Assembly: GCF_009914755.1 (NCBI RefSeq)
Contig: NC_060931.1
DNA length: 64,000 bases
From: the human T2T-CHM13v2.0 reference genome, Homo sapiens
Strand: one strand, 5' to 3'
This document shows, piece after piece, positions 55,240-64,000 of the stretch. Made by a program: the position numbers and the translations under genes. Numbering within the stretch: position 1 is the stretch's first letter; each line of letters opens with the position of its first letter. The notes beneath the pieces were generated by a model. It searched no databases. It was not told the DNA's origin and saw nothing but the letters and a program-made list of their open reading frames with translations.

Positions 55240-56540
55240 TCTCTACAGGTGCCCTGTCACTATTGTTTCTGTGGTTAAACTGGTCTTCTTTGGGTTCTGC
55301 AGCTTCACCATGCTTCTCTCAGCTTTCTGACAACTGTATAAGCTTTGGTGTTTGCCTGGAATACTCTTCTCTTTGCTCTTTGTCCTAATTCTCTTTCAAG
55401 TATCAGTTCATAGACTGCCACTATCCTTATTTTATATTCATAATGTACCCTGTAACTTTCCTCTGACATACTGAATCGTTGATTATTAGGTAAATATATT
55501 TCTTTACCTCTTGCCTGTGAGCTTTAAATGTAAGAATTATGCATGAATTTGATCATCATGGTATTACAATAACCCAACTGCCTAACAAATAGAAGATAAT
55601 TGGTAAATAAAGTAATACAAATTCCATGAGTGCTCAAGTAAGATGACAATGTGAAAGAGTTTTAATGCATTTAGTGACATGGATATAATTTGAGTTTTGA
55701 GTAATTAAAGTTATGTTGAAGTAGAAAGGTGGAGTCAAGATCTGGTGCACTGAGAAGTTGATTGTGAGGATATTGGAATAGTAAGTATAGAAAATTTATT
55801 TCAGAAATTTGGTTTTGAAGAAAGGAACAAATACCGGGGAGTGCCTACAAGGTGGAGTGAGGTTGAAAAGGATTTTATTGTTATTTGTCTTACTAGTTTA
55901 TATCTGAGACAGAATATATAGATGCTGTTTACAATAACTTAATAAAATAAGATAAATTGAAGATATGACATCAAGAGGGATGCAATTAAAGTACAAGGAC
56001 CCTAATGAGGTGAAAGGGTAGGGAGTATAGGCAAACATGGGAATACATCAAATTTGGGGAAATGTACTTACACACTTGTAATACGGCTGAAAGAAGATAA
56101 GGGTATCATGACAGAATAAGATGGCTTGATTTTTTTTATTCCGTGAATTAAGAAACTGGGACATCTCCTTTAAGAAAGGTAAAGATATAGGGAGATGTTA
56201 ATAGGATAAATGTTTGAAAACGATAATGAATTTTTTTATCTAGTACTCACTACATAGAATTAGAAAACTCAGAAATTTTTAATAGCAGGATTACAATATT
56301 TAGAGTCTCGTTAAGGTTGATGACCATTACTTAAATGGGCAGAAAGTATCCCCAGTGGGAAAAGTTCTCAAAAAGGATTCAACATCTCAGGGACAGGACC
56401 ACTGGATAAAGAAGAGAGTTAGGGGTTTTTATCACTTTTGTATAGCAAAAAAAAGGAAATGGATAAAATACTTTCTGAATATTGAAAAGAGACTACTAGA
56501 ATTGAAATTAATAGACATTAATTTTAAGCAGGAAGGTGTG
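55240..56540. mobile_element. L2 fragments (sense 3' end ~55240-55615; antisense internal ~55620-56540)
   Basis: TGCCTGGAATACTCTT, CTGTGAGCTTT, and AGTAAGTATAGAAAATTTATTTCAGAAATTTGG L2 motifs. Confidence 0.45.
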
Positions 56541-57183
56541 TAGGGTAAAAGTTGTAAAATTCACTTGCGTTAATTACTATTTCATTATAATTAATCTTGA
56601 TACAATATAAGAAAAATCCCTTATTTTCTTCTTCAAAATGTTTTTGTGTATCCTTGGACCATTATTCTTAATAATAATTAAGGATTGCCATTCTAAGTTT
56701 CATTCATATTCCTTTGAGAAATTATATGGGAAGAATTCTGAGTCTTTAAATTATTTTGGGAAATTTTGTCATCATTGAAGTTTTTCATATATGAAAGCAA
56801 TATTCCATTCCATTTGGTCAAATATTTGACTTTCTTGAAAAATGACTTCTAATTTTCTTAATTAAAGTTTTGTACACCATATTAAATTTATTTCTTTGTA
56901 CCTTATGATATTAGTTGCCAGGATAAATAATAACTCTTCTAAATTAGATTTCTATATTACTTTGTTGCTGGTCTATAGAAATGCAAGTGATTTGTTTTTA
57001 TTGTTGTTATATATAGCCACCTTACTAAGCTTTCTGTATAATTCTAGCAATTTTCAGATTTTCAGGGTTTTATGGAAGCAAATTAAACTACCCTTGAAGA
57101 AAGACAATTCGATTAATTTCTTCCTAATTCTGTGTTTGTATTTCCATTTTGATAATGCTGGAGAGGTAGTATCTTACCATGTT

Positions 57184-57532
57184 TTGTTGTTGTCATTGTT
57201 TGTTTTTCTGTTTTGAGAAAGGGTCTTGCTCTGTCTCCCAGGCTGCAGTGCAGTGGCCAGATCATGGTTTACTGCAGTCTTGACCTCTGGGGCTTCAGTG
57301 ATCCTCCTGCCTCAGCCCCCTGTGTAGCTGGAACTACAGGTATGCACCGCCATGCACGGCTATTTTTATTTTATTTTATTTTATTTATTTAATTTATTTA
57401 TTTTTTGGAGAGAATGGGTTTCACCATATTGCCCAGGCTGGTCTGGAACTCTGGAACTGTTGGGCTCAAGTGATCCATCTGCCTTAGCCTCCCAATGTAC
57501 TGGATTACAGGCATGAGCTACTGTGCCCTGCT
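57184..57532 (-). mobile_element. AluJ within an antisense L1ME
   Basis: AGGGTCTTGCTCTG, GGGCTCAAGTGATCC and TTGCCCAGGCTGG AluJ diagnostics; TSD ATCTTACCATGTT/ATCTTACAATGTT. Confidence 0.9.
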
Positions 57533-57710
57533 CTCCATCTTACAATGTTGAATAGAGATGATGTTAATAGGCATCTTTGCTTTATTAAAATCTTCAAACT
57601 AATTTACTTAAAATCAGTCATGAAATGCCAAGTTTACCATTTAGTTCTGAGTATTATTTTGATTCTGTTATGATTTCTTCTATACTTAAAAATTATTTAG
57701 AGTAGAAGAT

Positions 57711-58057
57711 TTACGTGGTTTAACTTTGTGTCCCCACCCAAATCTCAACTTGAATTGTAATCCCCAGGTGTTAAGAGAGGAATTGGTGGAAAATGATTAG
57801 ATAATGGGGATGATTTCCGCATGCTGTTCTCATGATAGTGAGTGAATTCTCACAAGATCTGTTGGTTTTATAAGTTCCTGCCTTCTCACACACTTCTTCT
57901 CTCTCCTGCTGCCATGTGAAGAAGTGCTTCAGCCATGATTGTAAGCTTCCTGAAGCTTCCCAACCATGCAGAACTGTGAGTCAATTAAACCTTTTTGCTT
58001 TATAAATTACCCAGTCTTGGGCATTACTTTATAGCAGTGTGAAAACGGACTAATACA
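57711..58057 (+). mobile_element. THE1D/MSTA MaLR solo LTR
   Basis: GTGTCCCCACCCAAATCTC...GAACTGTGAGTCAATTAAACC...GGACTAATACA. Confidence 0.9.
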
Positions 58058-58549
58058 GAGTCTCACACACACACACAATACACATTGACTAGGATGTTAA
58101 TTTGGTTGTCACTGAATCCATGGACAAACTTAAGAAGAATCAATATTGTTACAACATTGAGTTTTCAAATGCATTTCATGTATTTAAGTAGGTTGTTTGT
58201 AGATTAATCTGAGTTTTCTATGTACATAATAATGACACCTGTTAATATTGACTAGTCTGTTTCTTATTTTGTTATTTTAATCCCTGTTTTATTTTACTGC
58301 TACAGTAAATGTTGAATAAAAGAGCAGAGAGCATTTTTGTCTCCTTCCAGAATTCACGAAGAAACTAACTTTTCAGTTGCTATAAGATTTTTGTAGAACC
58401 CAAGAATCACTGCCTCACAAATACAGTTCTTGCTGCTTGGAGTGCAAGTAAATCATCATTTTTGTTTGCTTATTTTCAATATTCAGTAGTGTTCTCTACC
58501 TCTGATGCAAGTTACCTGAGACATCAGCTAAATATATTTCCTTCAAAGT

Positions 58550-59780
58550 AAAATAACTGGCCTGTTGCTGGGCTTTCTGGGAGAAAGAGCTTCTAGCACT
58601 GACCTATCACAAAATTCTGACTCAAAATTACTATTACATGATGACTAATGTAGCAGAGAAATTCTAATCAGGATGGAATAGCCAGGCAGCACTCACCGAT
58701 AAAATGGAAATGGTAATAGAGGAGCATGTCATTCTAGCAACAAAGGATTAGAGTGTTTATTTTATTTATAAATAACATTATATTCCACAAATGTTTTGGG
58801 CACTAAAGACAGAAATCAGAGAAAAGCTAAAAGCACTGGATTATTTGATACATCCTAGTATTCAAGAGGTATGTACAAATAGTAATTATAAGGACCAAGA
58901 ATTTTATTTAACAATTTGTATTGAAAAAATAAATTTAGAGACAAATGTCATAAAATTATCAATTTAATGTCTGGGATAAAAGCAGATGTGTTTAATAAAG
59001 ATGCTCCTCTTGTATAGCTGGAAGACAGACTATGCTAAATAACAGGCACATAACTTGATTATAAAACCATCAGAATTTCAGAAAAGCCTGTATTCAGGGC
59101 CTCAACATGTTTCTACCTTACAAGCTGGATCCTCACATGAAAGTAGTTAAGCCCTAAGAGTTGGGAGGGGGCCATATGGGTAAATAGCTTGAATATACTG
59201 ACCCCCTGATTCCCATCCCCAATGTTAGAAAATAGCAGGGTCCTCTTTGCTGATGTCTGTGTAGTTGCTCTACCATATAACACTTGTACTCCTCAATATT
59301 TTCTCCCACTTTAATTCTTGGATAATTACTTCGCAAAGCATCACTAGAAGTGATCTTGAATGTCCTGAACTAAGAAAAGCAAAGTATAAATCTGAAGAAA
59401 GGGAAGATTGTTGACACAGAGACAATCCATATCCCAAAGTTTAATGTTCCTGGAACCTGTCTTAACACAATGCAGGAATACAACTTGAAATATTGGGAAA
59501 AGATATGGTCCACAATGTATGGAATGAAAGTGTCAGAAATACATTGGCAATTTCCAGGAAAATTTTAGAAGACATCCCTTTGGAAGAAACAATAACTAAT
59601 ACCACGAGTGAGTATAATATTGGCATTACTTAGAAGTTCTAAATTGTCACAGTTGATACTACGAGATGCTGTTAAGGAACTGGGGATTACTAATGATGAA
59701 CAAAAATGATTTGTAAAATATACTGGGGCAGGAGCATATCTATAGGAAGCTAATCTATACTCTGTTCTGTGAACGCGAAA
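58550..59780 (+). mobile_element. Very old ERVL-type pol remnants
   Basis: GCCAGGCAGCACTCACCGATAAAATGGAAATGG encodes ARQHSPIKWKW, like the ERVL QQxSIIKWKWY motif; integrase-like trace near 59170. Confidence 0.4.
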
Positions 59781-60914
59781 TTGCTTTGCCTAAAAGCTCT
59801 AACATTTGAGAATTTATATGTGAGATACCAGGAAATGGTTGACAATGGAAGGAGAGAGAAACTCCTACATGACAAAACTAATTCACATTAATAGTACAAC
59901 TATCTTGGTCAGAATCTCCAAAGGAACAAGGATGATTATCCAATTGATGGTGCTGAATTATTTTCTGAATTGCCTTTGAATCCCAGTTCAAATGACTTAC
60001 TGTTTTATTTGAGTTTCTGTACTTTGTAGAAGGCCTTGCTCACGTTTGAAGTCTAGTTTCATGGCTATGCCATGATTTCTCTTTATTTTCTTCTGTCTGT
60101 CACAATTAGCACTCTCATATTACTTAAATGAATTCTCATCTAACAAAATGCCCTATCCACCACAATGTGGCATCTGTTTCTAGTTGAGTGTTTTCATAAG
60201 CTTCATAATGTACCTACCTATCCATGTGTCTAGGTTTAAAGCAAAACTGATGGTCATGCTATGGAAATCATTATTCACAATCTTTCACTGATAAGCAACA
60301 TGGAGATCCTACATGAAATAGTCCTTACAGAAGTGTGCAGTCTGTGTGTATGTGTACATTCCTAAATTTTGAAGCAAAGTTATAATTATATTTTTCCCAG
60401 AGCACAGCCAGTTTTTATATAAGAAATTAAGGATTTTGACCATATGTGCTAATTAACTTGCTTCCTGAAGCCTTTACTTACTATGGAGTTGACACGATCT
60501 ATTTAATTAAAAAAGAGAGAGAGAAGCTTTGTGAGATTTCCTGTTTGCCAGCATGCATGCATAGCACTTTCCAGCAAGTATGACTATGGGATGGTATTAC
60601 ATGATAAAAGTCATCTCTCTTCATTGATATTATGCTGAAATGTGTTAAGTCTCTGCTATCACAAATGCAAAAGTCAATATGTGGTTTGGATAGACCGTCT
60701 GTATAATTTATTTTAGGTCATTTTTCACAATTATTCTATAAAAGCATTATTTGTATTTTTCCTTATGTGCCTAATTCAGATACTAAACCATATCCGGGTC
60801 TTCAACTTATTTATGTCAAATTACCACAGTATCATAAAAGTTGTATTAAAATTAGTTTTTAGAAGCTGTAATGGCTATATAAAGCTAATTACAACGGAGG
60901 TTTTTTCCCATGCT

Positions 60915-61752
60915 CTAATAAGAGGAAAATAAAAGGTAAGTTTTGGTGAGGATGTGGAGAAAAGAAAATCCTTGCACACTGTTGGTGGGAACCAAAATTA
61001 GTATTACCATCATAGACATGGGGTTTCTGAAAAAAAAAAACGAAAATAGAATCACCATATGATCCAGAAATCCTATTTCCGGGTATTTACCCAAAAGATT
61101 TAAAATCCGTAAATCCAAGAGATATCTGCACTCCCATAGTCATTGTAGTGTTATTCACAGTAGCCAAGTTATAGAATCAACTTAAGTGTTCATCAACAGA
61201 TGAACACATAAAGAAAATATGGTATACATAAACAATGGAATACTATTCAGCCATGGAAAAAGAAAGAAATGCTATCATTTGCAACAACATGGATGAAGTT
61301 GTACACTATAATGTTAAGTCATTATAGTCACAGATAAGACAAATAAGCCAGTCACAGAAAGACAAATACTGCCTCCTTTTACTTCTCTGTGAAATCTTAA
61401 ACAATCGAACTCATAAAATAATAGAATAGAATAGTGGTTACCAAAGGCTAGGGGATGGAGGGAATGGGGGGATGGTGATCCAAGGGTACAAAGCCTTAAT
61501 TAGACAGGAGGATTAATTTTTACTTTTTCTTTGAGATCTATTGTACAGTGTGGTGAATATAGTAAATAACAGTGTATTGTACATTTCAAAGTAGCTGAGA
61601 GTAAATTTTGAATATTCTCATTACAAAAATGATTTGTAATTGAGGTGATGAACATGTTAAGTAGCTTGATTTAATTATTTCACATTTTATTTATAGATCA
61701 TAATATCGTTTTGTGCCCCTTAAATATATACAACTATAATTTTTCATTATAT
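60915..61752 (+). mobile_element. L1MA (MA4-8-like) 3' end
   Basis: GGTGAGGATGTGGAGAAAAG...CCATATGATCCAG...GAGATCTATTGTACAG...AAATATATACAACTATAAT. Confidence 0.88.
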
Positions 61753-63111
61753 AGAGCATATAATGCTATGATTTCATAGTATCATTTTTATGCATCTCTT
61801 TAGGTTACACCTAAAATCCTCTGAAAATAAAATTTCATGGACTGTCACCAATAATTTAATTTTTAATATAATAACTGTTTTGGCTTAGAAATAAAATATA
61901 AAAATTCATATCACTGAATTTATAAAAGCTATACTTCTAGAATTAGTGTGACATTCATAGCACAACACAGAAAATCATGTCTGAAGACATTTTTCAATTT
62001 GACTTAGAAATGTCATTGCCCCTCTTCCCATGTCTCTCTCACTATGGAAGCTGTATGTCATCAAAGTGAATCATAGCTATGCCATGGAAACCACTGATAT
62101 ACTACTGGGGGCTTCATTTAATGCTACAAGGAATAACCAGCATGTACAAATGCCTCTAAATTTCTAGTGTTTTTCTACTGAGAAGTATAACTGGGAAGAA
62201 AACTAATCAGTTTTTAGATTTTTATTCAGCACCTTCAGTGGTACCTATATTACTGCTATGGATAGTGCAGATATATTTCTCTATTATATCTCCTGAAGAG
62301 ATATTTTCCCCCTTTTAGAATTTACATAATGAGAACGATATAAATCATAAATTAAAAGGTGAATTAAGGAAGCAGCAGTATCAAAAAATTTGCTCATTTA
62401 AATACAAAAACAAGTACAAATGGTGAAAATTATGCCTTTTACTTAGGAAACAAAATAAGAATGTTTAAATTCTACTTTAAAAAGCCACTGAATACATGTT
62501 AATCTTAGACATTGTGTCCAAAAACTTGAAATTGGTAAAACTCTCTAAACTTATTCTGAAAAAAATAAACAACAATCCTCTTATAACTAGTTATCAGATT
62601 CTCAGTTATTTTGCCATGTAGAGTAGATTTTGAAAAATAATATACAAAATGTTTATTTCAGAGATAACTATTTGAGTCATAGATCATCTTAAGCCTTATG
62701 AGAATGACCAATGGATTTCAGCCCCTATATCAAATATATTGTTTTAGGTACATTTTCACAAATTCTGTGCATTTAAGCTTAGCCAGAATGAGTAAGTGCC
62801 AAGCTCTCAAAGATGTTAGCTGCTGATTATCGGCTCAGTGACAAGTGGCTGAATCAACATCTTTAAGACGTCTAATCTTTCCAAATCTTCTTTCTATTAG
62901 ACTATTTTAAACTGGTTACTATTTATTTGTGCACATGTGCTTTAAGAATCACAGGAGGAAGATGAATAAATAATGACTGTTCTAGTAAAATTTTTGTTGT
63001 TTCAATTGCTATATATTCTATTGCAATTTTGTTCTGAGATTTTTATAGCAATTGTTAGACAGCTCACATTCATTCTGCATTTACTCTATTCCACACACGG
63101 AGGTAAGGGCT

Positions 63112-63691
63112 TTCGGTGGACAGTCTCTAAAATGACCTTTAATAATTCCTGTCTTCTGATATTTACATCCTTGAATAATCCTCTCCCCTCTGGTGTGAAT
63201 AGTACTTGTGTCTTACTTCTAAGTAAATTATGTGGCAAATATGATGGGATACTACTGTGTGGTTATGGTATGTTCTCAAGACTCCATCTTGATAGTTAAT
63301 TTACTCTCTTTCTATTGCTGGATTTGAAGAAGTAAATTTTCATAAATTAAGTGGCCTTGTTGGATAAGCCCACATGGCAAAGAACTTCAGAAGGATTCTA
63401 GAAATTGAGTGTGGCCATCAGCAAGAAACTAAAAGCCTCAGCTTTGTGGCCAAAAAGGAAATGAATTCTGCTAATTTGAGAAAGCTTGCAAAAGGTTCTT
63501 TCTCCAGTTGAGTTTGTGTAAGACCAAAGTACTGGCTGACACATGCATTACAGCCTAATAAGAATCTGAAGCAGAGAACCCAGCTAAGCCATGGACAGAC
63601 CATAACCCACAGAAAACCGGAAGATAATGTGTATTATTTTTAAATTGCTTAGTATTTGATGATTTGTTACGTGGCAATAAACAATGACTAT
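63112..63691 (+). mobile_element. MLT1E-like MaLR LTR
   Basis: GACAGTCTCTAAAATGACC...CCCACATGGCAAAGAACT...ACCCAGCTAAGCCATG...TTTGTTACGTGGCAATAAAC. Confidence 0.8.
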
Positions 63692-64000
63692 ATGGATTTT
63701 CATATATTAACACGGCCAAATTTCCAATAACCTTATGAGTCAGAAGTCTGTGTTTTACTGATGAGAAAACTAAAGAAAGAGAGATTAAGTAATTTATTCT
63801 GATCATTATCAGAGCCAAGATTACCAATGAGGACTGCTATTTCCATAGCCCTTGTTTTTAACAACCTGCTGTATTTCCTTGCTAAAAAAATGTTTCTGAA
63901 AATTTGACTGACTTATTAACCAAGAACACTAATGCTTCTTTATATGTTGATTCTATTTTGTTTATGAGTTATTTTTGTTGATTCAACTCTATTTTCTATG

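Overview
This is AT-rich primate (human-like) intergenic or deep-intronic DNA. I can support no protein-coding exon or structural RNA gene; the listed ORFs are repeat-derived or chance frames. The window is dominated by fossil interspersed repeats: seven Alus, several L1 fragments (two with long ORF2 remnants), L2 and MIR, many MaLR/ERVL/ERV1 LTRs including a near-complete THE1 element, and DNA transposons (MER20, MER58, MADE1). The most notable object is a ~3.5 kb Ricksha-type MULE/MuDR transposon (20115-23596). It keeps both terminal inverted repeats and a decayed but nearly complete transposase (FLYWCH-like domain, D-D-E, CxxH). It also carries a captured ERV-L 3' LTR (MLT2B-like) plus PPT, in the same orientation and ~55 bp upstream of the transposase. 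Other observations are a TA-flanked inverted duplication inside an L1, an Alu sitting at a probable deletion junction, a twin-primed L1 and several small template-switch scars. Family and subfamily names come from my recall of consensus sequences and were not checked against a database.
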